From Escherichia coli (GTDB taxonomy: Bacteria; Pseudomonadota; Gammaproteobacteria; Enterobacterales; Enterobacteriaceae), in NCBI RefSeq assembly GCF_030013205.1, contig NZ_CP122648.1: a stretch of 64,000 bases of DNA. One strand, given 5' to 3'. Of this stretch, positions 27,018 through 37,545 are shown piece by piece. The number at the start of each line of letters is the position of its first letter. Position 1 is the first letter of the stretch. The translations under genes were made by a program, and so were the position numbers. A model generated the notes under the pieces. That model was not told the origin of the DNA. It saw only the letters and a list, made by a program, of their open reading frames with translations, and made no database searches.

Positions 27018-28172
27018 TTATGCCTGCCACGGATGAATGATTACGCCTTGCACCACGCGGTTAACGGTGCCGCTGGCTGATGGGGTATCCGGCGTATTGC
27101 CCATGTGCAGCGACTGCATAAGTGCAAACGTCTGGGCGTACATCAGGAAGCAAAATGCCTGCTCAACGTCGATAAAGTGACGGGACGGCGGCAGGATAAT
27201 ATGTGGACCGGCAGCAACGATGTCTGTGCTTTCCGCGGCGATGGCGATTACGCGCATTGCCTGGTTATCGCGGCGAAGTTCAGCCAGTAGATCAAGATCA
27301 TACTGACGGGTGTAAGGGTGGCTGGAGACAAATACCACCACCAGCGTTTCGTTATCGACCAGCGATTTCGGGCCATGACGGAATCCGGTCGGGGAATCAT
27401 AAAAGGCCGCCAGTTTACCCGCCGTCAGTTCCAGTACTTTCAGCGCCGACTCGCGTGCTGCGCCCTGTAAGCCACCGCTGCCGAGATAAACGATCCGTTT
27501 CCACGGTGCGTAACCAAACACACCTTCGCTGAAATCGCCCAGTGAGGTCAGGATCGCCTGGCAACGATCCGCCACGTCGCGGAAGCTCTGGCTGTTGATC
27601 GTCTCAGGTGCGAAAACCGCGAGGCAGCTGGCCATCATGGTGGTAATGCTGCTGGTCATCGCAAAGCCGCGATCGTGCGTTTCTGCGGGCATCAGTAGGG
27701 CAAACGCGTTGTCGCTGTTGATCGCGTTTTGGTAAAGAGCGCCCGCTTCGTTGCAGGTGATCGGCAGGTGATAGCACTCGGGTACAAATTGATTTGCCAG
27801 TTCCACGGCGGCGACGCTTTCCGGGCTGTTGCCGGATCGACCGAAGGAGATCAACAGCAGTGGATGAGTTGGATTCAGGTAGTCCATCGGATTGGTGACC
27901 AGATCGGTGGTCGGTACGGCGCTGAAGTTTTTACCGGTATGGCTGGCGAGCCACGGCGCGATAATGTCACCGATAAATGCCGAGGTTCCGGCTCCGGTCA
28001 GGATTACCCGCAGATTCTCTTTGCGCAGTAACGGTTCAAGGAAGTTATTGAGCGCGGAACGTAGTGCGTCGATGTTGGTGAGTGAACGGATCCATGCGCG
28101 AGGCTGATGGCGGATCTCTTCTTCAGTCCATGTACCGGTTGCGGCAGCAGCAGGGGGGTAATTTTCTGGCAT
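27018..28172 (-). CDS. agaS: SIS-domain putative galactosamine-6-phosphate deaminase/isomerase (384 aa)
   Basis: ORF track. Confidence 0.9.
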   Translation of the reverse strand: MPENYPPAAAATGTWTEEEIRHQPRAWIRSLTNIDALRSALNNFLEPLLRKENLRVILTGAGTSAFIGDIIAPWLASHTGKNFSAVPTTDLVTNPMDYLNPTHPLLLISFGRSGNSPESVAAVELANQFVPECYHLPITCNEAGALYQNAINSDNAFALLMPAETHDRGFAMTSSITTMMASCLAVFAPETINSQSFRDVADRCQAILTSLGDFSEGVFGYAPWKRIVYLGSGGLQGAARESALKVLELTAGKLAAFYDSPTGFRHGPKSLVDNETLVVVFVSSHPYTRQYDLDLLAELRRDNQAMRVIAIAAESTDIVAAGPHIILPPSRHFIDVEQAFCFLMYAQTFALMQSLHMGNTPDTPSASGTVNRVVQGVIIHPWQA

Positions 28173-28189
28173 AACTCAATCCTTAGTCT

Positions 28190-28360
28190 GATGAACTTGA
28201 CGTCGGGCGTTGTCGCTTTCGCTTACCTTTCGTTTCATTTCACTTGGTGATGTCTTTCGTTGATTAAAATCTATAGAAAAGAAACTGAAAGTTCAATGGA
28301 GAAAAAAGAAATAAAACGAAATTTGTGATCGTTGAAAGAAAAGACAAGGGAAGATTAAAG
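28190..28360. promoter_or_regulatory. agaS promoter region with repeated tttcgttt/aaacgaaa-type motifs (AgaR operator-like)
   Basis: Repeated motif seen in sequence; AgaR assignment is established knowledge/inference. Confidence 0.5.
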
Positions 28361-28522
28361 GATTGCGTGATAACGTCGCTATGTTCACCGATTGCCGGAT
28401 GCGGCGTACCGTAGGTCGGATCAGACGCGTTAGCGTCGCATCCGACACCGCTGCACAGATCAAAAAGAAAGAAAAAGAAAGGCCTTACGGGGGAAGTGAA
28501 GGCCCAATAATGGAGCAAACCA

Positions 28523-29656
28523 TCAAAACGAAGCTAATTGACCCTGAATCCAGATTTGTTGCACATGTAGCCCGCTATCCAGCGCAACGACGCTGGCGCG
28601 TTTGCCCGGTTTAAGCGATCCCAGAACACCATCAACACCCAGCATTCGCGCCGGATGCAGCGACGCCATATGGATGGCTTCCGCAGGCGTTACGCCCGTT
28701 AACTCGACCATGTTGCGCACTGCTGCATCGACAGATAGCGTACTGCCCGCCAGCCCACCGGACGCGGTACGGACAACGCCACCGTGCATCTGCACTTCTT
28801 CGCCACATAACGTATAGCGACCATCCGGCATCCCAGCTGCCTGCATCGCGTCGGTGATCAGTACGATTCTCTCTTTCGCACAGCAACAACACAGCGACAT
28901 CGCCGCCGGATGCACATGATGACCATCGGCTATCAGTTCCAGCCAGGCGCGCTTGTCCGTTAATCCCGCGCCAACCATTCCCGGTTCGCGGTGATGTAAA
29001 CCTGTCATCCCGTTATAGCAATGCACCAGGCCGTCGGCACCAGCATCAAATGCGGCGCGGGTTTGTTGCCAGGTCGCCGCGCTATGCCCCAGCATCACCC
29101 TTACGTTTTGCTGTTTAAGATGGCGGATGGCCTGCAATGCCCCTTCTTTTTCCGGTGCCAGCGCTACCACGCGTAAGGTGTGCTGAGAAACGGCAATCAA
29201 TTGATCCAGCTCGGCAATTTCCAGCTCGCGAAACAGCTCCGGTGGATGCGCGCCTTTATTCTGCGGCGTGAAGTACGGTCCTTCGAGATAACTCCCCAGC
29301 ACTTGCGCACCAGGTCCGCCGCGTTGGCAACGTTGAGCAATACGTTTCAGCGCCGCATGAATGGTATTAAGCGGCGCGGTTACGGTGGTCGGTAACCAAC
29401 TGCCGACACCTTCGCATGCCTTGTGCATTGCCAGCTTGTCGAGTACATCCGGCGCGTCATCCATTACATCAACGCCCGCACCACCGTGTACATGGGTGTC
29501 GATGTAAGCGGGGCAGAGCAGTTCCGCATCGCGTTCAGTCACGCCCACTGGAATCGGTTCGATTGCTGCGATGACACCGTCAGCAATACGCAACTGATGG
29601 TCATCGAGCCATCCCTCTTCAGTTAGCAGCCTTCTGGCGCGCAGAACGGGTGTCAT
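28523..29656 (-). CDS. agaA: N-acetylgalactosamine-6-phosphate deacetylase, full length (about 377 aa)
   Basis: ORF track 28523..29677; NagA-like. Confidence 0.88.
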   Translation of the reverse strand: MTPVLRARRLLTEEGWLDDHQLRIADGVIAAIEPIPVGVTERDAELLCPAYIDTHVHGGAGVDVMDDAPDVLDKLAMHKACEGVGSWLPTTVTAPLNTIHAALKRIAQRCQRGGPGAQVLGSYLEGPYFTPQNKGAHPPELFRELEIAELDQLIAVSQHTLRVVALAPEKEGALQAIRHLKQQNVRVMLGHSAATWQQTRAAFDAGADGLVHCYNGMTGLHHREPGMVGAGLTDKRAWLELIADGHHVHPAAMSLCCCCAKERIVLITDAMQAAGMPDGRYTLCGEEVQMHGGVVRTASGGLAGSTLSVDAAVRNMVELTGVTPAEAIHMASLHPARMLGVDGVLGSLKPGKRASVVALDSGLHVQQIWIQGQLASF

Positions 29657-30087
29657 ATTCCTTCCTCGACCGGACATTCTTCATGGCAGCGGCCTAACTC
29701 GTCCACCAGACTGGTCAGCCCACGGTGTCCACACTCCAGCGCCTGCACACGGAATTCTTCACCGATTAACCCTTCGCGCTCCAGCACCATCTCCAGTAGC
29801 AGTTGTAAATTGGTGCCTGTAATCACTTCACAGCCCGGTTTTTGCATCGCCAGCGTTGAAGCTACGCGAAACGGCGTGCCGCCCAGCAAATCCGTCAGAA
29901 AAACAATGCCGTCTTCACAATCCAGTTGGGCGATGGCCTCTTCAAGCTGCGATGTAAGCAGCGCGGTGCTTGAGGTTTCCGGAAAATCGATGGCGATAAA
30001 CTGCGATTGCTCGCCGAGGATTTGCTTCATTGCTTTTTCCATGCCACTGGCAAACCCGCCATGCCCTGTCAAAATAATACTTAACAT
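29653..30087 (-). CDS. agaF: PTS N-acetylgalactosamine-specific EIIA component (144 aa)
   Basis: ORF track. Confidence 0.88.
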   Translation of the reverse strand: MLSIILTGHGGFASGMEKAMKQILGEQSQFIAIDFPETSSTALLTSQLEEAIAQLDCEDGIVFLTDLLGGTPFRVASTLAMQKPGCEVITGTNLQLLLEMVLEREGLIGEEFRVQALECGHRGLTSLVDELGRCHEECPVEEGI

Positions 30088-30104
30088 CTAATACCTCATT
30101 GTAT

Positions 30105-30983
30105 TTAAAGGAAATGGCAGAATTTACCGACGATGCCGAGAACCACGGTCACTGCAATCAGGCGCAGCGGACTCCAGCCGCGGCGTACCAGCCAGAACAT
30201 GGTCAGGGTGTAGACCAGCGGTAAGAAGGCAGGCATCAGTTTGTCGATAACATCAGCCTGTAACTTAACCACTGCGTCGCCCGCTGTGATTTCCAGCGTG
30301 GTGCTTAAACGAACATAGGTTGCCACCAGCGCGCCGATTACCGTCATCCCAACGATAGACGCAGCATGGCCGACTTTTTTGGTATTCGCTTTAATGAGTG
30401 GAATCGCCGCCACGCCCATGCGGTAAGCATAATGCGCCAGACCAAAACGCAGCCCCAGGTGTACCACGTTGAACAGCACAATAAAGACGACTGCGCCAAG
30501 AATAGAGCCTTGTAGCGCGAGGCTTGCGCCTATCCCACCACAAATCGGCAGTAGCGTCAGCCAGAACATTGCATCGCCAATCCCGCCAAGTGGCGCACCG
30601 ACGGCAATTTTGGTGCTCTGAATACTGTTAACGTCCTGCTTAGAACGCTCCATCGCAAGGATAATGCCGATAACAAACGTCACCAGAAACGGATGGGTAT
30701 TGAAGAAACCCATATGCCCCTTCATGGCGCGCGCCAGGTCGCGTTTATTAGTGTGGATCTTTTTCAGAGCAGGCAGCAGACCGTACAACCAGCTAGAAGC
30801 CTGCATACGTTCGTAGTTAAAAGACGCTTGTAACAGCATGGAACGCCAGGCGACGCGGTTGATATCTTTTTTCGTCAGCTCTGCGCCAATGCTCTGATCT
30901 TCATACACGTTTTCATTGACGCCTGTCAGCAGTGTTTCTTCGTTTTCACTGACGTTCGGCAGGGTGGTTTGATTAGATGCCAT
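30105..30983 (-). CDS. agaE: PTS N-acetylgalactosamine-specific EIID component (about 292 aa)
   Basis: ORF track 30105..30989; paralog of agaD. Confidence 0.88.
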   Translation of the reverse strand: MASNQTTLPNVSENEETLLTGVNENVYEDQSIGAELTKKDINRVAWRSMLLQASFNYERMQASSWLYGLLPALKKIHTNKRDLARAMKGHMGFFNTHPFLVTFVIGIILAMERSKQDVNSIQSTKIAVGAPLGGIGDAMFWLTLLPICGGIGASLALQGSILGAVVFIVLFNVVHLGLRFGLAHYAYRMGVAAIPLIKANTKKVGHAASIVGMTVIGALVATYVRLSTTLEITAGDAVVKLQADVIDKLMPAFLPLVYTLTMFWLVRRGWSPLRLIAVTVVLGIVGKFCHFL

Positions 30984-31752
30984 CTTCAAATTCCTCTTTC
31001 TGTGCCGCAGGTTGAGTCGGTTCAGGAGATTTACGCAGCAGGTCGATCAGCGCCATCGCCAGCGCGGCGGCAGCAATAGCCAGCACCGGTAACTTGAGCC
31101 AGGCTGCGGCAACAAAGCCCAGGATGAAGTAGGGGATGTAGACGTTTTTCATCATGATTTTCAGCAGCACGGCAAAACCGATTGCTGGCATGATGCCGCC
31201 CGCGACGCCGAGGCCGTCGATTAATCGTTGCGGCAGGACATCAATGATGGTTTTGGCATGTTCTGCGCCGAAGTAGATAGGCAGGAAAGCGCAGAGAAAA
31301 TAGAAAGTGCCGAGTGCCAGCAGTGCCAGATAGTTCACGCGTTCAATGCCGCGTGTATCGGCGTTCTCCGCCATCCGGTCGCAGCGAGACATCACGCCAG
31401 ACATCACCGAGAACAGGAAGGTAATCCCCATCTGTACTGCGACAGCGAAAGGTACGGCGACACCGACCGCGACATCGGGTTTCACGCCAGTAGTAATGGC
31501 AAACGCCGTGCCGACGATAGTACCGATAATCACGTTAGGCGGTTGTGCGCCTGCCAGCGGGGCCAGCCCCATCCACACCAGTTCCAGCGTACCGCCGGTT
31601 AAAATACCGGTATGCAGATCGCCAAGTACCAGTCCGACCAACGGGCCGAGGACCACCGGGCGGTGCATATGGGTTAGGCCGTTAAACATATCCAGGCCAG
31701 CGATAAAGGCGATAATGCCCAACGCGAATGCCTGCAACAGACTGATTTCCAT
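30973..31752 (-). CDS. agaW: PTS N-acetylgalactosamine-specific EIIC component, full length (259 aa)
   Basis: ORF track. Confidence 0.88.
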   Translation of the reverse strand: MEISLLQAFALGIIAFIAGLDMFNGLTHMHRPVVLGPLVGLVLGDLHTGILTGGTLELVWMGLAPLAGAQPPNVIIGTIVGTAFAITTGVKPDVAVGVAVPFAVAVQMGITFLFSVMSGVMSRCDRMAENADTRGIERVNYLALLALGTFYFLCAFLPIYFGAEHAKTIIDVLPQRLIDGLGVAGGIMPAIGFAVLLKIMMKNVYIPYFILGFVAAAWLKLPVLAIAAAALAMALIDLLRKSPEPTQPAAQKEEFEDGI

Positions 31753-31762
31753 GATGAATCCC

Positions 31763-32236
31763 TCAAAGTAATTTAAAGAGGTCCACTGCAGGCTCTGTCG
31801 GGACGCCCTGAACGAAGCATTCCACCCCAGCGGCTTTCAGGTCGTTAAATGCTGCAATATCGCCCGCATCTACAGAAACCGTTTTGGCGATTTGTTGCTT
31901 GCCATTGGCGTAGTGCATATTGCCAACGTTAATGCGATTCACCGGAACGCCACCTTTCACCAGCGTCAGGAAATCGGCAGGTGTTTTACAAACCAGCAGG
32001 ATTTTCTGTCGATCGGCGGCGCGATGAATGTTGTCGATGACTTTTTGCAGCGTCCAGAAACGTACGGCTATCCCTTCTGCCAGTACCATTTCCATCAGGT
32101 TTTGTTGTACCGGATCTTCGGCAACCTCATCGTTGGCTACCAGCACCAGATTTGCTCCCGCAAATCCGACCCACTGAACGCCGACCTGACCGTGAATCAA
32201 GCGTTCATCAATCCGGCTTAAAACAATATTTGGCAT
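31763..32236 (-). CDS. agaV: PTS N-acetylgalactosamine-specific EIIB component (157 aa)
   Basis: ORF track 31763..32272; likely start MPNIVLSRIDERL. Confidence 0.88.
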   Translation of the reverse strand: MPNIVLSRIDERLIHGQVGVQWVGFAGANLVLVANDEVAEDPVQQNLMEMVLAEGIAVRFWTLQKVIDNIHRAADRQKILLVCKTPADFLTLVKGGVPVNRINVGNMHYANGKQQIAKTVSVDAGDIAAFNDLKAAGVECFVQGVPTEPAVDLFKLL

Positions 32237-32258
32237 AGCGTGTTCCTCTTTGTTTTGC

Positions 32259-33539
32259 TTATTGGCCTTCACAGGCTGTGTGGTACTGCGCCAGGATGTC
32301 CTGAATATGGTTGATAATGAGTTCCCGTGGCGTCGGTTGCAGCTCGCCGGAGCGAACTTTCACGTATTGCAGCGGCAGATACTGGCTGATGAGCGGCAGC
32401 GGAATCGGTGAATCCGCCAGATTACGAACCAGATGGGCGAAAGCGTCATCAATCTGGCTGTCCGGCCAGTAATAGCGCACGCGATCCGAGTAGCTATAAC
32501 CACGCGCCATACGACGCGCGTTGCCGTCACCGTGGTAGTGGCTTTGCCAGTATTCCGGGCGGTCGAGCATCACGTTTTCCAGCACCTGACGCAGACCGGA
32601 ACAGGCTTTCGCTGGTACCAGTTCTTCTTCAATCGCCGCCAGAGAAAAAAGGGCTTCACGCAGGGCGAAGGTCAGCGCCGGGCCAACTTTCAGAATGGCA
32701 AAGTGGTCAATCACTAGCTGGCGCAACGATTGCGGCGTTTGGTAATCGGTAGAGTGCGCTTCGAAAATCAGCGTTTCGTAGTTTTCGACCATCTGGCTTA
32801 AGGCGGTCGCTTTAGCTGGCTGATAATCAATAACGTTGGTGTGATCGAATTCGACGCCGGGTTGTACCACCAGAGCAATGATGCGTGGCCAGATGGCACT
32901 CAGACCTTGCTTTTCAAAGGCGTGACGATGGGCTTCCAGCGTGGCGCGGGCGGCATCTGGCGTGGTGACCGCCAGCTCGCTTAAGGTTTCATGCGCGCCG
33001 CCAGGTACCGGTACTTCGGTACCAATGACATACACCAGATCGACTTCGCCAAAGTGTTCACGGCAGCTTTCTTCCGCCACTTTCGCCAGACGGGCGGCGC
33101 GTTCAGCCACGATGTCATCAGTTAAGGGAACCGGATCGTCCTGGCAGGACATGCTGCAATCAAGGTGGATTTTTTTGAATCCTGCCGCCACGTAGCTTTT
33201 AATCAAATCATCGGCATTGGCCATTGCCTGAGCGGCTGGCTGGTTTTGCCAGCGGTTTGGCCCCAGATGGTCACCACCCAGAATCAACGCATCCTGTGGG
33301 AAATTCAACGAGTCGGCGAGCTGACAAACAAAGCCGCGAAAATCGGCGGGCGTCATTCCGGTATAACCGCCGAACTGGTCTACCTGATTGGAGGTTGCTT
33401 CAATCAGTAACGACGTTTGGTTTGCACTGGCGTAGCGGATTGCAGCTTCCAGCACCAGCGGATGTGCGGAACAAACGGCATAAATTCCATTTGTTTTGCC
33501 CGCTTTGTGCTGTCTCACCATTTCTGTCAGATGTTTCAC
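32259..33539 (-). CDS. kbaZ: tagatose-bisphosphate aldolase non-catalytic subunit (426 aa)
   Basis: ORF track. Confidence 0.9.
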   Translation of the reverse strand: MKHLTEMVRQHKAGKTNGIYAVCSAHPLVLEAAIRYASANQTSLLIEATSNQVDQFGGYTGMTPADFRGFVCQLADSLNFPQDALILGGDHLGPNRWQNQPAAQAMANADDLIKSYVAAGFKKIHLDCSMSCQDDPVPLTDDIVAERAARLAKVAEESCREHFGEVDLVYVIGTEVPVPGGAHETLSELAVTTPDAARATLEAHRHAFEKQGLSAIWPRIIALVVQPGVEFDHTNVIDYQPAKATALSQMVENYETLIFEAHSTDYQTPQSLRQLVIDHFAILKVGPALTFALREALFSLAAIEEELVPAKACSGLRQVLENVMLDRPEYWQSHYHGDGNARRMARGYSYSDRVRYYWPDSQIDDAFAHLVRNLADSPIPLPLISQYLPLQYVKVRSGELQPTPRELIINHIQDILAQYHTACEGQ

Positions 33540-33559
33540 TTTCCTCTCCAGTTCAGATT

Positions 33560-33780
33560 ACTGCGATATTAATCTTTCGTTTTGTTTCAGTTGATACTGC
33601 GCCATGGTGAGATAAAAATAAAACGAAAGATAATGGTTTTCTGATCTGATTCACAAAAGAAACATAATGAAAGCCACTGAAACGAGAGTAGCTTGCGCCA
33701 ATGGGTAAGGTGGGCTTGCATTTGCTTAATAGAAAGGCGTTAATAGGCAAAACGAAATGAAACGAAAGTTTTACGAAAGG
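33560..33780. promoter_or_regulatory. divergent kbaZ/agaR promoter region with repeated aaacgaaa/tttcgttt motifs (AgaR operator-like)
   Basis: Motif repeats visible (e.g. aaacgaaatgaaacgaaag). Confidence 0.5.
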
Positions 33781-33787
33781 ACTTACT

Positions 33788-34597
33788 ATGAGTAATACCG
33801 ACGCTTCAGGTGAGAAGCGAATGACAGGCACCAGCGAGCGACGAGAACAGATCATTCAGCGTCTGCGACAGCAAGGGAGTGTGCAGGTTAACGATCTGTC
33901 GGCATTGTATGGCGTATCTACTGTGACGATCCGCAACGATCTGGCGTTTCTGGAAAAGCAGGGGATCGCTGTGCGTGCCTATGGCGGCGCGTTGATCTGC
34001 GATAGCACGACGCCGTCAGTCGAGCCATCAGTGGAAGATAAAAGCGCGCTGAACACCGCAATGAAACGCAGCGTTGCGAAAGCTGCCGTTGAGTTGATTC
34101 AGCCAGGTCATCGGGTGATTCTCGATTCCGGGACCACCACTTTTGAGATTGCTCGTCTGATGCGCAAGCACACTGACGTAATTGCGATGACCAACGGTAT
34201 GAACGTGGCTAATGCGTTGCTGGAAGCGGAAGGCGTTGAGCTGCTGATGACCGGCGGGCATTTGCGCCGTCAGTCGCAATCTTTTTACGGCGATCAGGCT
34301 GAGCAATCGCTGCAAAATTACCACTTCGATATGCTGTTTCTTGGTGTAGATGCGATCGATCTGGAGCGCGGCGTCAGCACGCATAATGAAGATGAAGCCC
34401 GTTTAAACCGCCGGATGTGCGAAGTTGCGGAACGGATCATCGTGGTCACCGATTCCAGTAAATTCAATCGTTCCAGTTTACATAAGATCATTGATACTCA
34501 ACGTATCGACATGATCATTGTTGATGAAGGCATTCCTGCGGATAGCCTGGAAGGGCTGCGAAAGGCTGGGGTTGAAGTGATTCTGGTCGGGGAGTGA
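33788..34597 (+). CDS. agaR: DeoR-family repressor of the aga operons (269 aa)
   Basis: ORF track; N-terminal HTH, DeoR C-terminal domain. Confidence 0.92.
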   Translation: MSNTDASGEKRMTGTSERREQIIQRLRQQGSVQVNDLSALYGVSTVTIRNDLAFLEKQGIAVRAYGGALICDSTTPSVEPSVEDKSALNTAMKRSVAKAAVELIQPGHRVILDSGTTTFEIARLMRKHTDVIAMTNGMNVANALLEAEGVELLMTGGHLRRQSQSFYGDQAEQSLQNYHFDMLFLGVDAIDLERGVSTHNEDEARLNRRMCEVAERIIVVTDSSKFNRSSLHKIIDTQRIDMIIVDEGIPADSLEGLRKAGVEVILVGE

Positions 34598-34651
34598 GAA
34601 AGGGGGCCCGCTGGTCAACACGAATGCGTTCGGCGGGCATTGTGAACACCA

Positions 34652-35116
34652 TCAATCGGTTTCTTCTGTCTCTCGGGTGAGGGTTTCCCAGTCGGCAGGA
34701 GGATGTCCTCTTTTTAACATTTTGCTGAATACGGTATAAGCATCTGTTTTTTTACCGTAGGTGCGCAGAGTGTTTTCATCGTTCATCCATCCCAGAATGA
34801 TGACTTTCTCTTTTTCACTATAACGAAAGAAGAGACGATAACGACCAGCACCAAATTTTACCCGTGACCAGTCTTTATTTTTCCCAGAGCCTAACGACTT
34901 GCCATGACGGAATGCCGGTGATGATGGATTGACCGTGATATGCTCCTCAATCACTTTATGGACTACCGCCAATAACTTTGTGGCGGCTTTTCTCTGATAA
35001 TTTTCAGGATCTTTTCCCTTTAATGTCTCGACTTCGGCAACTAAAGCGTCGTAGGTTTCCTGAAAACAGGGATGAGCATATAGCGCCCAACTATTAACCC
35101 TTTGTGGAAAATCCAT
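34652..35116 (-). CDS. yhaV: toxin YhaV, ribosome-dependent mRNA interferase (154 aa)
   Basis: ORF track; 4-nt overlap with upstream prlF. Confidence 0.9.
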   Translation of the reverse strand: MDFPQRVNSWALYAHPCFQETYDALVAEVETLKGKDPENYQRKAATKLLAVVHKVIEEHITVNPSSPAFRHGKSLGSGKNKDWSRVKFGAGRYRLFFRYSEKEKVIILGWMNDENTLRTYGKKTDAYTVFSKMLKRGHPPADWETLTRETEETD

Positions 35117-35451
35117 TATTCGTCGTCGCCAATCTCATCATCAATGTTGACGTCCATGCCAGCGACAAGTTTCTTTCCTTGTTGAATGTTGAATGGACGA
35201 GTTTTTTGCGGGTTGTTCTGGATATCTGCATCCAGAAAACGCAAAAATGCATTCATAGTATGATCCTCCTGTTCATCTCCCAGTCGGCACATAAATACTT
35301 GCCCACCAGGCAGAATTTCGTAATGAATGCTGTCCTGGCCTGGCTTCAGTTTTAAGGCCTCACGCACTGGCGCGGGGATAGTTGTTTGTCCGCGTATCGT
35401 GACCTTTGATTCAGTGGTCAGTACAGCGTGAGAGCGAGCATTAGCGGGCAT
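35116..35451 (-). CDS. prlF: antitoxin PrlF (SohA), AbrB-fold (111 aa)
   Basis: ORF track; acidic C-terminal tail; paired with yhaV. Confidence 0.9.
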   Translation of the reverse strand: MPANARSHAVLTTESKVTIRGQTTIPAPVREALKLKPGQDSIHYEILPGGQVFMCRLGDEQEDHTMNAFLRFLDADIQNNPQKTRPFNIQQGKKLVAGMDVNIDDEIGDDE

Positions 35452-35549
35452 GATTCACTGTCCTTTTACAGCCTGTTTTCTGCTCAAATTATAAGCTTGA
35501 ACTAAGGTAATGCAAATGCATTATTAATGGACGTGGGGACTTTAAACAA

Positions 35550-35580
35550 TAAAAACATGGCACTAAGGCCATGTTTTGCG
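35550..35580 (-). terminator. garD rho-independent terminator (acatggc cttag tgccatgt + T-run on minus strand)
   Basis: Hairpin plus T-tract seen downstream of garD stop. Confidence 0.6.
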
Positions 35581-35599
35581 AGGGACGTTCCAAAAGAAA

Positions 35600-37171
35600 T
35601 CAGGTCACCGGTGCCGGGTTAAACACCGCCAGCTGGTTATGCAGTCCCCATTGATCTGAGAAGGTTTTCTTCTTCCCGCTGGCGACGTCGAGAATAAAGT
35701 GGAACAACTTCCAGCCCACCTCTTCAATAGTTTCTTCGCCGGTAGCGATGGTGCCCGCATTAATATCCATTAAATCAAACCAGCGGTTCGCCAGCTCGGT
35801 GCGGGTCGCCATTTTAATGACGGGTACCGCCATCAGGCCGTACGGCGTACCACGACCGGTCGTAAACACTTGCACGGTGATACCCGAAGCCACCTGTTGC
35901 GTGCCACAGACAAAATCGCTGGCTGGCGTCGCGGCGTAAATTAATCCGCGTTTAGTCGGGCGTTGACCAGGCGACAGCACTTCAACAATTGCGCTTTTAC
36001 CCGATTTAGCAATGGAGCCGAGCGCTTTCTCCACCACATTTGCCAGACCGCCTTTCTTGTTGCCCGGCGAAGGGTTGGCGCTGCGGTCGGTTTTTCCCAT
36101 ATTGAGATAGTTATCGTACCACTCCATCTCCTCCAGCAGCCGTTTGCCGACCTCTTCGTTCACTGCGCGTGGTGTCAGCAGATGGATCGCGTCACGCACT
36201 TCCGTGACTTCTGAAAACATCACCGTTGCGCCGCAGCGCACCAGTAGATCAGACGCATACCCAACCGCCGGGTTTGCCGTTACGCCAGAAAACGCATCGC
36301 TACCGCCGCACTGCATGCCGACAACCAGTTCTGAAGCCGGACAGGTTTCTCGCTGCCGTTGATTCAGTTTGTGCAAATGGCGTTCGGCGACCTGCAAAAT
36401 ATCCTCGACCATGGACTGAAAACCGACATGCTTTTCATCCTGCAAACTGACAATGCTGGCGCTTTCTACTGGAATAGCTTGCACATCATCCGTTCCAGTC
36501 AGCAGGCGTTCAGGCTGCAACTTTTCACAACCCAGACCAATCACCATTACTTCGCCGCCAAAGTTAGGGTTCAGCGAAATATTGTGAATGGTACGAATAG
36601 GCACAACTGCCGCCGGTGCGTTAATCGCCACGCCACAACCGTACAAATGATTCAGCCCCACCACGCCATCGACGTTCGGGTATTTCGGTAGCAGATCGCG
36701 TTCAATGATTTTTACTACATAGTCCACCACGCCTGCCACACAGTGGACGCTGGTGGTGATGCCGAGCAGGTTTTTAGTGCCCACGCTGCCATCGGCATTG
36801 CGATAGCCCTCAAAGGTGTATCCTTCCAGCGGCGGTAAGGGCTCCGGGACTTTGGTTGCCAGTGGCAGCGTGTGTAACGGCGGCGCTTCCGGTAGTACAA
36901 CCATTGATTCGTCGATCCAGCTTCCGCGTGGGATTGCGCGCACGGCGTAACCAATCACTTCGCCATAACGAATAATTTCACCATTAGCCGGAATGTCCAG
37001 CAATGCGACTTTATGCCCCTGGGGAATATGTTCAATTAATTCCAGCCCATCCGGAAAACGCGTTCCTGCTTTCAGGCCATTATCATTAACAATAATTGCC
37101 ACATTATCTGTGTCGTGAACTTTTATATAAAACGCAGTTGGCGTTTCTTGTCTGATTTCGATGTTGGCCAT
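35600..37171 (-). CDS. garD: galactarate dehydratase (523 aa)
   Basis: ORF track. Confidence 0.93.
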   Translation of the reverse strand: MANIEIRQETPTAFYIKVHDTDNVAIIVNDNGLKAGTRFPDGLELIEHIPQGHKVALLDIPANGEIIRYGEVIGYAVRAIPRGSWIDESMVVLPEAPPLHTLPLATKVPEPLPPLEGYTFEGYRNADGSVGTKNLLGITTSVHCVAGVVDYVVKIIERDLLPKYPNVDGVVGLNHLYGCGVAINAPAAVVPIRTIHNISLNPNFGGEVMVIGLGCEKLQPERLLTGTDDVQAIPVESASIVSLQDEKHVGFQSMVEDILQVAERHLHKLNQRQRETCPASELVVGMQCGGSDAFSGVTANPAVGYASDLLVRCGATVMFSEVTEVRDAIHLLTPRAVNEEVGKRLLEEMEWYDNYLNMGKTDRSANPSPGNKKGGLANVVEKALGSIAKSGKSAIVEVLSPGQRPTKRGLIYAATPASDFVCGTQQVASGITVQVFTTGRGTPYGLMAVPVIKMATRTELANRWFDLMDINAGTIATGEETIEEVGWKLFHFILDVASGKKKTFSDQWGLHNQLAVFNPAPVT

Positions 37172-37545
37172 TGTGCAATATTCTCCAGCCAGGGGTTATT
37201 AAAATGAGGACCTGGTCTCATTTAAAAATAAATGACTTCATTGGGTGAAATAAGAATGTCAGGAGTTTAAACGCAGAAATGTGATCAATGTCAATCATTT
37301 CAGGGATTGCAGTGCCGCGCGGTAAGGTAAAGCGCAAATCTGTGCTTTAGCGCGCAACCTTATGTGCATATGCTCAAAATAATATTTAAATAGTATTAAT
37401 TAAATTAGCATTTGCACAATGATTATTATTCTCGCGCTGCTTATACTAATTCCCGAGTTCATTGCCGTAACGGCATAAATAAAACTCATAAATAACACCT
37501 TCCCCATAATAATAAAAATCAGCATAAGTACCCGAGGTAAATAAA

